A stretch of 64,000 nt of DNA. It comes from Octopus vulgaris. Lineage: Eukaryota. Below the pieces are notes generated by a model. That model was given only the letters and a program-made list of their open reading frames with translations. It was not told the DNA's origin and made no database searches. The position numbers and the translations under genes are program-made. Location: the NCBI GenBank assembly GCA_951406725.2, contig OX597833.1, positions 27,652,001 through 27,716,000 of the forward strand, in the 5' to 3' direction. Shown here in pieces: positions 41,410-55,547 of this stretch; the first letter of the stretch is position 1; every line of letters starts with the position of its first letter.

Positions 41410-42174
41410 TACATACATATATACACACACACACATACACATATGTGGATGTGAGTGCTCGCACGCGCGCATATATAATAATAGGGATTCAAAGAATAAT
41501 GCAAAGCTCACATTAAGCTCCCAGCCAATTGCATGTCGAATAAGAATGAGCGACGTTAAGGGTAGGATAAACCTTTACAATGCTGGAGAATATGTATGCA
41601 AATAGAACAGAAGTGAGATGAGAAAATAGATGTTTATGTCATTCGTTTGGAACTGTTTTGTAATCTTGTTAGTTATATATAATAAATATGACATCATCAT
41701 TCGCATATATATAAAATATGTGCACACAAATATACAAGTATGTTGAAAAATATAGCAGAACAATCTCCAGAACGATTCTACAAAAAGGAAGCTATCTCAG
41801 TATATTTCACAGACGATAGCTGTATTCAGCGGGTTACCAATAATGTTCTGCTGTTAGGAGGCAATGCCCGTAGATCAGAACAAATACAGTGAAAGAAGCA
41901 GTAGATTATTACAATAAAGTAAAATTAAAAAATAAATAAATAATAAACAAAGTCAAGGAATCAGAAAAATATAAATATAAATAAGAAAAATAGGTAGAAA
42001 GTTATAAAGGTTACTCAATGGTCGAAGGTTTGGTGCATGAACCTTGTCAAAGTTTGATAAGGAGCATATTCAAAGCTCTCGGCCTTCGAGAGTTTTGTGG
42101 CCTGTAACTTACTGCCGATCAAAATTAATAGAATTATTTTGAATTCTATCACGTTGAGGGTTTTTTCTACTAAA

Positions 42175-42279
<105 letters not shown>

Positions 42280-42332
42280 ATGTATATATGAATGTATGGA
42301 TGGATGAATATGTATGTATGTACGTATGTATA

Positions 42333-43265
42333 TCATTATTCAGTTTTATTTCAAGATTTCTTGCTACTAGAGAAAAAGCTGGTTTCTAACCTAGATTCAA
42401 GGCTCCTTGGGAATTTCAACAACATCAATAGGATTTATGTATGTATCTATGTATGCATGTATGCATGTATGTATGCATGTATGTATGTATGTATGTATGT
42501 ATGTATGTATGTATGTGTGTATGCATGTATGTATGTATGTATGTATGTATGTTTTTACGTATGTATACGTGCACATTTGTATGCTTTGTTTTATGTGTCT
42601 TCCCATGCATATAGTTGCATGTCTAGACATGCTCAAATATATCTAAATGATAAATTTCTGGAAAGTTTTACAGATTTTTTAAGGTTCCAGTGTTGGCTTG
42701 GATCTATAGTCTTCGAATCAGTTTTCTCCTATCTGGTTTTGAGAAGCCTATTTCTTAAAGATTGGTATTTAGGCAGTGTGTTACATACCCCAGTGCCCCA
42801 ATAATTACAGGTATGAACCTAAACTTGTAATCTGGGTAGAGTAGCTGTAGATTTCTCAATAGTTCAGCATAGGTATTTTCTTTTCTGTTAATCTTTAGCT
42901 TTATGTTAACATCCGCACAACTACACAGTTTCTCTTCTCTAGCCCAAATCATTACATCAGATCTATTATGTTTACATTTTACTGAAATTTTCACAGGGAC
43001 ATTCCACCAGTATTCCTTTTTATTATGAGTGGCTATGGCTTCTATCATACTGTAGGTTCCTATTTCTTTGTCTTCGGGGTTATCCTTCCGACGGAACTCA
43101 TTAAACAGTTTCTTAGCCACATCATGTCTCATCGGTAGATAATACCGTGATGACATTTTCAGACAACTGCTTATGATGTGGGTGATATCTTCGGTGTTAA
43201 CTCCACTGAGTCTGCATCAGTTATAACACTTTGTTGCTTTTTCTGCGTCTCTGTCCAGCACTTCG
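42333..43265 (-). mobile_element. R4/Dong-like LINE 3' fragment in (TATG)n
   Basis: EDITHIISSC...SSRYYLPMRHDVAK...EYWWNVPVK...KHNRSDVMIW...KENTYAELLRNLQ...FIPVIIGALG; 3' UTR contains a (TATG)n expansion. Confidence 0.88.
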
Positions 43266-43348
43266 ACTCTTGGTGTCGAAGTGCGTATGTATGCATAGAT
43301 ATGTATGTATGTATGTTTTATGTGTATGTGTGTATGTGTGTGTGTATG

Positions 43349-43403
<55 letters not shown>

Positions 43404-44852
43404 TTAATTGTATGTATGTGTGTACGTGTGTCTACGCGAGTAAGTGGAGAAACGAAAGTGTCTCTCAAAATTTGGTAGGTGTTACATAAATTTTTGAATA
43501 ACATATTGATTCAGTTCTATATGGCTTAAAGTCCCAAGGGAAGCCTTTGGCTTTCCCTTCCAAAAGGGATTTTCACTGCAGTACTTTACATGGTACTCGG
43601 CTTCAGGTGCTTCCAGATTAATGGTGCGAGAAAAGAATTTGTTCACGTTCTCCCAAAAGTTTATAAATTCTTATGATGTCAATTAATGTGTGTGTGTGTG
43701 TGTGTATGTGCGTGTGTGTGTGTGTGTATGTGTGCGTGTGTGTGAGTGTGTGCGAACGTGCGTACGTGCGTGTGCTGTGACTAATAAATTAATAAATTTA
43801 TGACTTAATAGCTGAGAAAACATCTACGAAATTTTGAGGTGAAAAACTTACGTTAACGCGTAGTCCATATTTGAAATTGCGGCGAATACAATGATAATTT
43901 CAAAGTTTGTTGATTTTATTTTCATTCTGAAATATTCTTTCCATTGAATTGTTAATTTCCTACGCCTATATCAGACATGTTTTATGATGATTTATGTGTT
44001 GTTCAAATAATAATTGGCGTACCTAAGGCTATGCAGTGACCCAATAGCTATGCCGTTGCGTTCCTTGTCTATTGTTGAATTAAGAATAGGAAATAAGGTC
44101 TTGCTGTCATATTCGTTCGGAAGGCAGAAATGCTTATTCTTGTTCTTATAATAGTAGTTGCAAATGCTCATTTCCACATTGCTTCTCTTCTAGCTTTGTT
44201 GTTTTCTTGTGGTTGCTGCTGCTGCGGTTGATGATGATGATAATGATGGTGATAATGATGATGATGATGACGACTACGACGATCACGACGACGATGACAA
44301 CGACGACGGCAGCGGCGACAACGACAACGATACGACGACGACGATGATGATGATGATGATGATGATGATCAATATCACCATCATCATCATCATTGTCACC
44401 ATCATTGCAAATCATCGTCATCACCATCAACATCATCATCATCAACAACAACGTCATCATCATTATTATCATCTTGATTGCCATGTCCACGTTAACTCGC
44501 TAATGTCTGACACCATATGCCGTTGCTGGTGTTGAAGTGGCTTTCTGGGTTTAGGGGTGGTGTGTTGCCTGGTTGGTTGTATGTTGGGTAATTGAGAAGG
44601 TTTGGTGAAGAGATAGTCGTGAAGATGAGTGGTATTTGAATAACGAACGTCAGATGCACATATGTGCACCTTCACAATTACCACATGTGCATATGCAACC
44701 CGGCTTAAGGGTAAACACGTTAATATGCACATACAAAACACACACAATTATATATACAGCCAAAGAGAAATAGGGAAGAGAAAAAGATGGCGATAGATAG
44801 ATAGATATAGAGAGAGAGGGGGGATATAGCTAGCTCGGTAGCCGGTTATGTT

Positions 44853-44903
<51 letters not shown>

Positions 44904-46509
44904 ATGTATATGTAAAGAAACAGCGTACATAAACTTGTATGTTTGTATATGTCTATTTAAGCTTACAACGTATGTGTGTGTGTACGCGTCTGTATTTAAG
45001 CAATGTATACATGACATATGCACACACACACACACACACAGACACAAACACTCTCACACATGCACACAAACGCATACTTATATATCAGTTTAATAACCAG
45101 GTCTCCTGTGCTTGAGGTCCTTTAATGTCCATCTTGTCGAATGTTAATGTAGCAATTAGATGCCTGATACTTAGGGGAAAAGAGAGAGAGAATGACAATG
45201 AGATAGAGTGACTGAAACAGAGAGAGAAAGAGAGAGATAACAGAGATACTTGACAGATATAGATGGATTACAGATAGCAATAGGGTTGACAGTGGTGGTG
45301 GTGTGAGGGTCAGTGTTTGGTACAACTCCAGTTGCAGAACAAAATCTCAAGAAGACATATTCATTAGGTGCCATGTCGAGGTGTTGAGGAGGAATTTCAG
45401 AAGAATACGGTTTAAATGACAAAATTGGTCGAGGGCGTTATGTGTATGCGCGCGTATGTATGTATGTAGGTGTGTATGTATTTTTGTATGTATGTATGTA
45501 TTTATGTATGTATGTAGGTGTGTATGTATGTATGTGTGTATGTATGTATGTATGTATGTGTGTATGCATGTATATGTGTGTGAGTGAATGTGTGACTGTG
45601 AGTATATATATATATATATATATGTATATATCCATAATATGTATAACATATAAATGCATCATCGTGTATGCGTGTTTGTAAACACACACACACACACATA
45701 CATATATGTATGTATGGATGGATGGATGGATGGATGGAGGGAGGGAGGGAGGGATGTACGTATGTATGTATATATGTATAAGTATGTATACATTCAAAAA
45801 TATACACACACATATACAGACACGCACACACACACACACACGCATTGTTGGGTTTTCATTGGTCACACCCACATGACTCTTGTCAGCCTCATGGTGCTCG
45901 TTAAATTGATGAAAACTTGTATGTTTGACAATGTAAATGCAAAGAAGAACACTTTCAGCGCGGTCTTTATCAATTCATAACACCCGTAGGTCATTTCACT
46001 TCGGAAATCTATATTGGAGAGGGGAAGGAGATGACTGGAAGAGGGAGAGCAGAGCAGAGGAAGGTGAGGGGGGAAGACGAGGAGGAGGAGGAGGAAGAAG
46101 AAGAAGAAGAAAAAGATGATGATGAAGAGGACGTGGAGGAGGAGTATACGAAACGAGTGTCCATATTGTAAATTTTTGCTGACATGATAACAATATATAA
46201 ATACATTGATATATACGCATATATCTATTTGTGTGTGTGTGTATATATAATATATATATATGTATGAATGTATGTGCGTGTATGTATGCATATGCGTATG
46301 TTTATATATTCATATCTAAACACACACAAGCAAATTCATAGCCAGTATAGTCTAAAAATGCACACAAGCTCATATACAGATACTCTCGCTTATATACATC
46401 CATCCATCCATCTAACCGCCCATCCATACATGCGTGCATACATACATACATCCATATATATACAAAGACAGACAAACCGATCGATCGATATGTGTGTGTG
46501 TGTGTGTGT

Positions 46510-46542
<33 letters not shown>

Positions 46543-46543
46543 A

Positions 46544-46620
<77 letters not shown>

Positions 46621-47259
46621 CATTTTTGAAACAGTGGGTGGATTAAATCGACGAAAAAAAGCAAGTGACGGGGAAGTAGAAGTGAATAGTGTTAATGCTA
46701 ACGAGTCAGAAATACGTTCGTAAATGTTCGGGAAAGTACGGGGTTGGTAAGATAACAACAACAACAACAACGTCAGCAGCAGCAGCAACAAAATTAAATG
46801 AACCTGAATTAAGAATATGGACATATCACAGCAAAGAAGCGCAGTGGCAACTATAACGACAATAACAACACAGCAACAACACAACAGCTCTAGTCATTAC
46901 CGCCATAACTACAGCGGAGACGACGACTGTAGTTGCGGTGTCGACGGTGGCAGCAACAGCAAACACTGACGACGATAGGACATGGAAACAATGTAAACAG
47001 CATCGAAACGCCGCAAGGTCTCCGCTATTTAACGAACACTTTACCGGTAATAACTAAGAATTATCGTTATATAATATTCATTAGGAAGACATTTCCGCAT
47101 ATAAAAGGCACTACAAGAGAACAAGACATAAACCATAAACATCCAATTTATCAGTTTATACAATTGAAATAACAGTTTTCTCTCGCGTCAGCCATAATGT
47201 CGGACGAGTTACAAATACGCAAAGACAAATAGATTTAGAAGCAAGAGTTGTTTGCACAA

Positions 47260-47290
<31 letters not shown>

Positions 47291-47423
47291 TGTATGTATG
47301 TATGTATCTAAGTATGTATGTATGTATGTATCTATGTATGTATGTATGTATCTATGTATGTATGTATGTATGTATGTATATTATAAGGCACTAAAAGAGA
47401 ATGACTCTCCCCCAGACACAACA

Positions 47424-47488
<65 letters not shown>

Positions 47489-47701
47489 TATATATATATA
47501 TGCAGTATATATACAGACATACATACAGACAGACAGACAGACAGATACAATAAATGAGGGTTAGAAAGTTTCTTCACACAGACATCGGCAAAAAATGGCT
47601 CATTCGTCAAAAGAAATAGCATACTAATGAATCTTCGAGCATCTTGTGTATTTATTTATCTATCTTTATCTCTCTGTCTGTCTGTCTATCAATCTATCCA
47701 T

Positions 47702-47770
<69 letters not shown>

Positions 47771-48189
47771 CATCCATCCATCTATCTATCTATCTATCTT
47801 TCCATTTATCTATCTATCTATCTATCTATGTTTTTATTTGCTTTTTGTTACTTATTCTATTTCTATAAACACATACATACACCCGTGCACTTGAGCGCCT
47901 TTATGATGGTGCATGTGTGTATATGGAAGGGGATGTGTATGTGTGCCTGTGTGTGACAGGGTGCATATGTTGGTGTGTGTCATACTTTGAAGGTCACTGT
48001 CTGTCGTCGTTTATGTAATACCATCCAATAAAGGAAGGATGTTGCCAGTGCCTAACCTGGCACCGCCATAAACTTGTATATATACCTAGTGAAGGAAAAA
48101 GGTTTTAGGAATTGATGGTACACTGTGGTTTTAGGAACTCAGGGTTCAATTATATTGTCATTATTAATTTTTTTGTTTTTGTTTCTCAA

Positions 48190-48350
48190 GGTGGTGAGCA
48201 GGGTAGAATCGTTAGCACGCTGGACGCTACGTTCTGAATTAAAATTCCGCCGAGGTCGATAAATTAAGCAATAGGGAAACCTTGGGGTTGATGTAATCGA
48301 CTAGTACCGCCCAACCCCAAATTTCAGGCCTTGTGCCTTTAGAAAGAATT
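48190..48350 (+). mobile_element. SINE family A, internally deleted
   Basis: gaatcgttagcacgctgg...aaattccgccgaggtcgataaattaag...gatgtaatcgact. Confidence 0.7.
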
Positions 48351-48407
48351 ATTAATTTTTTTTTCGTTTATGGATGTGTGTGTGTGTGCGCGTGGGTGCG
48401 TGTGTGC

Positions 48408-48438
<31 letters not shown>

Positions 48439-48580
48439 TGTATGTGTGTGTGTGTATGCGCGTGTGTGTGCATAACCTATGCAGTTCCTATATAAACGGA
48501 GCTAATTAAGATGTTTCTCCATAAATTGAAAGAAATGATGAACAACCTTAATTGATTGTCGAATCTTATTGGATTCTCAC

Positions 48581-48710
48581 CTGAGGCATCCGCATCCATT
48601 TGACCAATCGCAGAGAAACAAGCAACCAATATATCAGTTCCTGACTATCCAAAGGACTATCCATTCTCTTCCGCAGTGTTTATATGCAATGTTGGCCCAA
48701 CATAGAAAAC
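48581..48710 (-). CDS. Candidate host exon with possible start codon (MDSPLDSQELIYWLLVSLRLVKWMRMPQ)
   Basis: tttttcag acceptor, CAG/gtgaga donor, agaATGG context at 48664, 28 codons ending in phase 0; no homology recognised. Confidence 0.35.
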
Positions 48711-48817
48711 CTGAAAAATCTATTTACAAACAATTTCGACTCTTCTGATAGAATGGTAATTTTTTTTTATTTGTTTAGTTTTCAGCTAAATATAAAAGTC
48801 AAAGCTATTATGTTATA

Positions 48818-49677
48818 CAGGGTGGTCCAAAAGTCACTGAGGGCTTTTAATTTTTAACAACTCCCTTATTTTTACAAATAAGTGTATGAAATTTGAATTC
48901 AATATAGAGAAGATAATGGAGATTAATTTGCTTTAGTGCTTTTTCATTATACCTCTAGATTACATATGAAAAATGACATCTTTTAAATGGCGTCCATTTT
49001 CAGCTTCACAAATTCGTGCCCTTTCCTGAATATGTTCCATGATAGATGTAAGGGTTTCAGGGTCCAGTTCCCTGACTTCCCCAGTGATATTCTCCTTCAA
49101 TTGCTCCAGGGTTTCTGGTTTGTTAACATAAACCTTCTCCTTGAGGTACCACCACAAGAAGACATCAGAGAGGTCAAGTCTGGAAAACACGATGGCCAGT
49201 TGACATCACAATAGCAAGAGATGATTCTCTCTCCAAAACATTGCCTCAGCAATTGTATTGTCTCTCTAACAGTATGAGCAGTGGCTCGATCTTACTGGAA
49301 CCACATATCAGGCCTATTTCGAATGGCCGGGCGCAAAAAGCTCTCGATTATAGCCCTGTACCGCTCACAGGTCACAGTGACAGCATTATTCTCATTGTCT
49401 CCAAAGAAATAAAGCCCGATTATCTCATCCACCGTAGTTGCACACCATACTGTACACTTTATGGCGTGCAATTCTCTTTGGTGCTCTCTGGGTTTGAATA
49501 ATAGATCCCCGATTTTGATAGAACAATTTCATGACTTGAGTACATTGTGCGGTGCCATGTTTTTCGATAATTAATTTCCAGTTCCTAGTCCATAAAATCC
49601 CTGAAAATAGAAGATTAAAGTAAAAAAATAAAAGAATTATCAGAGATTGCGACCTCTGTGACTTTGGGGATATTCTA
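48818..49677 (-). mobile_element. Tc1/mariner-superfamily transposon, internally deleted, both TIRs present
   Basis: TA-CAGGGTGGTCCAAAAGTCAC with degenerate inverse at ~49658-49677; DVFLWWYLKEKVYVNKPETLEQLKENI...CEAENGRHL. Confidence 0.87.
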
Positions 49678-50023
49678 TAGTATGTATTTACTTTAATAGT
49701 TTAACTTAGATTTATTCTACTAAACATTTTGAAGATACAAAAATAACATCTGAAGGTTTGGATGCTTCGGCACTGATATGAATTGAAAAAAAAATACAAC
49801 CAAAAGATTTCAAGGCATATGCATTTAAATAAGGAGTTTGTTTCCCAACTACATGGTTCCGGGTTCAATCCCACACTGCGCTGTGTACTACTAAGTATTT
49901 TCTACTATATTACCGACCTGGTAGATATAGTTTTATGGGTGGATTTGGTATACGGAAACTGAATGAAGCCCATCGGATATACGTATGTATGTATGTATGT
50001 ATGTATGTATGTATGTATGTATG

Positions 50024-50054
<31 letters not shown>

Positions 50055-50359
50055 GAAAGCACTTCATCTTTATGTTTATGTTTGTCCCCTACCACAGCTT
50101 GACAACCGGTATTGGTTTGTTTACGCCTCCGTAAACTAGCGGTTCGGCAAATAGGGACCGATAGGATATGTACCAGGTTTTAAAATAAGCACTAGGTTGT
50201 TTTGTTCGACTAAATCAGAGATTTTCAATCACATTTTGTGCCTTTGGTTACTATTTTATTCGGGTGGACCCTCACAAGTGGACCCTCACAACCATTCCAT
50301 GTTTTAAAAATCCTTATTATATTTTTGTAATTAAATATTATTAGGAATTGTATTTTTAA

Positions 50360-50748
50360 TCTTTTATCTTCTACTTGTTTCAGTCATCAGACTGCGGTCA
50401 TGCTGGGGCACTGCCTTAAAGAATTTTTTTAGTAGAATGAATCGACCCCAGTACTTATTTTTTTAACCTAGTACTTATTCTATCGTCCTTTTTTGCCAAA
50501 ACACAAAGTTATGTTGGCGTAAACACACCAACACCGGTTGTCAAGCAGTGGTGGGAAACACAGACACACACACGTGTATGTGTGTGTGGGGTAGTGTATG
50601 TATATATACGATGGGGTTCTTTGAGTTTCCGTCAACCGAATCCCCTCATAAGGGTTTGGTCGGCCCGAGGCAATAATAGAAGATATTTGCCTAAGGTGCC
50701 ATGCAGTAGGACTGAACCCGAAAGTATGCAGCTGGGAAGCAAACTTCT
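50360..50748 (-). mobile_element. SINE family B
   Basis: Colinear with 10361-10788. Confidence 0.85.
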
Positions 50749-51148
50749 TATTTCTTTACTGCCCATAAGGGGCTACACACAGAGGGGACAAACAAGGACA
50801 AAGGGATTAAGTCGATTACATCGACCCCAGTGCGTAACTGATACTTAATTTTTCGACCCCGAAAGGATGAAAGGCAAAGTCGACCTCGGCCGAATTTGAA
50901 CTCAGAACGTAACGGCAGACGAAATACCTATTTCTTTACTACCCACAAGGGCTAAACACAGAGGGGACAAACAAGGACAGATAAAACGGATTAAGTCGAT
51001 TATATCGACTCCAGTGCGTAACTAGTACTTATTTAATCGACCCCGAACGGATAAAAGGCAAAGTCGACCTCGGCGGAATTTGAACTCAGAACGTAGCGGC
51101 AGACGAAATACCGGTAAGCAATTCACCCGGCTTGCTAACGTTTCTGCT
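50749..51148 (-). mobile_element. SINE family A with tandem duplication of its 3' ~180 bp
   Basis: tatttctttact...gacgaaatacc unit occurs twice. Confidence 0.87.
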
Positions 51149-52600
51149 TTCTTACCACTCAGTTGCGGCTGCACCTATCAAAAGCATTGTTAAAATATTT
51201 TGTGTATTGTAGAAGTATAACCAATTTATTGCGCATAAACTTTGAAAACAAAATTTTATATGGACCCCCAAGGGTCAGGTGGACCCCGGTTGAAAACCAT
51301 TGGACCTAAGCCTTCAAAGCGGTGCTCTAGCATGGCTCCAGTCCAATGGCTGGAATAAGTAGAAGATAAAAGAGTAAATAGAGTGCGGAAGGATAGAGAA
51401 GCAAGTGATAGCGAGAAAAAGAATCAAGTGGATTGTGACAGAGGTTAGAGGTACGAAGGGGGTAAGGAAGGGAGAGCCAGAAGGACATAAAGGGAATAAA
51501 GAGAGAGCGTCATCAGAGACAGAGAGAAGAGGAGAGAGGCAGACAGGCAAACTGACATATAAACGCACAGTGAAGTATATGCACTACAGAGTAAATAGGT
51601 AGACAAACAGACAAACCGATAATTAGACAGACCGACAGGCAAACAGAGAAACAGATAATTAGACAGACCGACAGGCAAACAGACAGTCATTCGAACAGAC
51701 TGACCGATCTGCTGGCTAATTGACTGACAGACAAATAATCTGGCAGGGATATTTGCAACGTTCATGCATGCTCACAAAATTGTACGGGTGGGTAGCAGGT
51801 GTATGCTGGATCGAATCAACTTCAGTGTTTTGTTGTTAAGTGAATTAGTAGGTCCCCGGAGGGATAGAGGTTAATCTTGACTGAATCAAGATTTGAACTC
51901 GGTACGTGCAGATATGTAATTAAATACTATTCGAGAGGGAGCGAGACCACTCTATAGCAACAACTACAAGAACAACGACATTGATGACCATGATGATAAT
52001 AATAATAATAATAAAAACATCAAACAGAAAAGCAGAAATAAAGAACAAAAACAACGAAAGCCGCGGCAAAAAATAAAAACAGCTGTAACAACAGCAACAT
52101 CACAACAATTATTTTTACTAGTACAAATACAGTAAGGAAAGTCAACTACGGATATTATTTGAACCTAGAGCGTAAAGGGAAGTAACTCAACATAGGTTTA
52201 AGGATTTTTACCATTTACTGACCCCTCGCTTTTATGGTGACTACCACGGCGATGACGATAGACAAGAAGAAGAGTTAGTAGTGGTGCTGGTGATGGTGGC
52301 GGCGTTGATAACTGTGGTAAGATTTTTAAAAAAGAGCCGAGAGCACTTTCGAAACAGCGAAACGATGGAGTCAACATATTAAACATTATCGTCAGTCAAT
52401 GGCCGTCTTCTTAATGTTGTTTGTGATAGTGGCTTTCTCGTGGACTTCTGGTAATGGTTGCTTGTAGTATAAGTTTGTAATGACTTAGAATTGTACTGGT
52501 CGCTTGTATGCTTGCTTATAGAGTAGGCCCCTAATGAAAAGAAAATATTTTCAACGCATAGTGAAATACAAAACAAGAAAAATTTGATTGTGAAGAAACA

Positions 52601-52706
<106 letters not shown>

Positions 52707-52715
52707 GGATCAAAA

Positions 52716-52849
52716 CAGTTTGATTCAAATTCGGTAGCACCCTTGAGTTTCGAGCGCGTTGCTAGTCATCAGCCATTTCAAATTCAAAATCGCTGACGAC
52801 TAACATCACGCTTGAAACTAAAAGGTACCAACGAATTTGAATTAAATTG
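52716..52849. repeat. Imperfect ~58-bp inverted repeat between microsatellites
   Basis: 52716-52773 vs 52792-52849. Confidence 0.8.
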
Positions 52850-53114
52850 TATGTATGTTTCTATGTATGTATGTATGTATGTATGTATGTATGTATGTAT
52901 GTATGTATGTGTGTATGTATGTATGTATGTATGTATGTTTGTCTGTCTGTCTGTCTGTGTGTATGTATGTATGTATGTATGTATGTATGTATGTATGTAT
53001 GTATGTATGCATGTGTGTGTGTGTGTGTGTGTCATTATTCAGTTTTTATTTCAAGATTGTGTATGAATGTTCGAAAAACGAAAGGCATTGCATTCATTAC
53101 TAGCAAATGATTCT

Positions 53115-55475
53115 GACCAAAATAGAGCTTTTTTTCAAAGAGATGAAAGCAGTTGTGCAAAGAAAGAAGTGAACCATGCAGAATACTTGGTGGCGGAAGA
53201 AAGCAGAAGAAATAGAGGCTGCTTCCAATGTTAAGAACACTAAGTTATTATATACTCTCCTTCGTGAGGTGTAGGGGCCATCATGTCCTACTTTGGATCA
53301 TGTGAAGAATAGGGGTAGTGTTTTATTGAGGGAGCATAAAGACATTTTTAAACGATGGGAGGAACACTTCAATGAACTTCTGAATCGATCATCAATTGTT
53401 GATGAAAAAAGTATTGATATAATTCCACAGAATGCACCCATTGAGTGCTTAGATGATACCCCGTCAGTGGGAAAACAAAGTAGTATCAAAGCTGAACAAT
53501 GGCAAAGCACCGGGAGTTGATAGTCTGAATGTAGAACCAGTCAAGTTTGTTGGGGGGACTACTTGCTAGAAATGCTGACAGCAGTAATACAGAAGATATG
53601 GAAAAATGAAGTTATACCAAAATACTGGAAGGATTTAGTCATGGAAGTTGTGTTCAAGGGTAAGGGACAAAAGGATGAATGCAATAACTTTCGTGGTATT
53701 TGCCTGCTTGCTACAGCCAGTAAATTTTTATCACGAATAATGTTGAACTGGCTGCAGATATATGTGATTAATGGGATTCTTCCTGAATCACAGAGTGGAT
53801 TCAGAAATGGTAGGGGTACTGTGTATATGATCTTCTCTGCACGGCAGTTACAGAAAATGTGTGTGGAACAGCAAATAGGACTTTATCAGGTATTCATTGA
53901 TCCTACTTAAGGCTTTTGACTCTGTCAATCGAACTGCCCCGTGGGAGATCTTGAGGAGACTTGGATGCCCGGTAAAGTTTCTTACTATTCTGAAGCAGTT
54001 TCATGATGGCATGGAAGTAAGGATCAACATTGGTGGAAAGGTCTCGGAGCCTATCTCTGTCACGAATGCGGTAAAACAAGGTGACATATTAGCACCTACG
54101 CTCTTCACCCTCTATTTTACTATAGTTTTTCATTTGGCTTTCAAAAGCTCCTATGAAGGCATATATATATCAGATATCGCACAACAGGAAAACTCTTTAA
54201 CATCAGAAGACTGTCAGCTTAGTCAAGGATGTACTCAACTCTTATTAGAGACGTAATCTATGCAAATGATTGTGATATTGTGACTCATACCGAGGAGGAC
54301 ATGCAAAATTTTATGAATGCAATTTCAATGATTTGTGAGGCACTTGTATTAATCTTAAATCTAACCAAAACTGTTGTCATGTTTCAGCCAACACCAAGAA
54401 TGCCATACATAGAACCTGGTATCTTCGTGTATGGAAGAAAGATTGCTGTGGTTTCTAAATTTGTTTAATTAGGGAGCACACTAAACACATCAGCGAATCT
54501 TGATGAAATGTCACTACGCATTCAGAAAGCCAGTTTTGCTTTTGGCAAATTGGAAGACCACCTATGGTCTAGATATGCTATTTACACTGCGACAAAGGTT
54601 AAGTTATACAATACATGTGTCTTAACCTCTTTACTGTATGCTTGCGAAACCTGGACTGTGTATCGTAAGCACTTAAAACTTATGGAACGTTTTCATCAAA
54701 AATATCCCAGAAGGATTTTGGGGATCAGCTGGAAAATGTTTGTGAGTGATGATGAGGTGCTTGAAAGAATGAAATACTTCAGTATTGAAGCTTTGCTATT
54801 GCAGTACAGATTGAGATGGAGTAGACACTTAGTCAGAATGACAGACAACAGAATGCCTAAACAACTTTTTTTACGGAGAATTGGTGACAGGTTAGCCTGC
54901 GTCCCACAAACCAAAGATGAGGTACAAAGGTTGTCTGAAGTCGGGATTGAATAAGATAAATGTTCCAAGTGACAACTGGGAAGATTTAGCGCATTGCCGT
55001 GAAAAATAGAAAAAAGTTGTGTATGAAGGCAAAAATGAATTTCATTGGAAGAGAATGGAGCACACAAAGATCAAAAGAAAGATGCGAAAAAGAGACAGTA
55101 ATGATGTTCTAACAAGCATTAATGAACGTGATAATTTTACGTGTGATGAATGTGGAAAGATTTGTCTTAGTAAGGCTGAGCTAAAGAGCCGTATGAAATC
55201 AGACATTGCACAACCACACTTTGATTATAGATTGACAGATGATTTCGAATGCATACTCTGTCATAAAGTATGCAGATCAAAAAGTGGCTTGAAAGGCATA
55301 GTAAAGTTCATGGAGCTGTAAACTAAACAATCACCAAGTTTTCTTGCACAAATTGTCAAAAAAGCATGCAAGTCTTTGGCAGTCCTCAAAAGCCATATTC
55401 GTATAGCTCATCGATGATATTCTGGGGCATAAAGAAATCAGGCAATGGATCTTCTCCAAATCGAGTTGGCAACCA
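53115..55475 (+). mobile_element. RTE-clade LINE, decayed, with three C-terminal C2H2 fingers
   Basis: RWEEHFNELLN...CNNFRGICLL...LPESQSGFRNGRGT...KAFDSVNR...VKQGDILAPTLF...YANDC...LLYACETW; CDECGK, CILCHK, CTNCQK finger starts. Confidence 0.93.
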
Positions 55476-55547
55476 TCACGTATGTATGTATGTATGCATG
55501 TATGTATGTATGTATGTATGTATGTATGTATGTATGTATGTATGCAT

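Larger units (their letters stand above)
50216..51302. mobile_element. hAT-type MITE interrupted by SINEs
   Basis: CAGAGATTTTCAA...GTTGAAAACCATTG termini; internal match to 18651-18879. Confidence 0.72.
49830..51370 (+). mobile_element. SINE family B split by a MITE insertion
   Basis: 5' part 49830-50215 ends ttgttcgactaaat; 3' part resumes ~51303 with aaagcggtgctctagcatgg. Confidence 0.75.

Noticed and set aside
41860-41890. Partial resemblance to miR-100 (cccgtagatc.gaac)
   Set aside because: The 5' and 3' ends mismatch and no precursor hairpin is visible.
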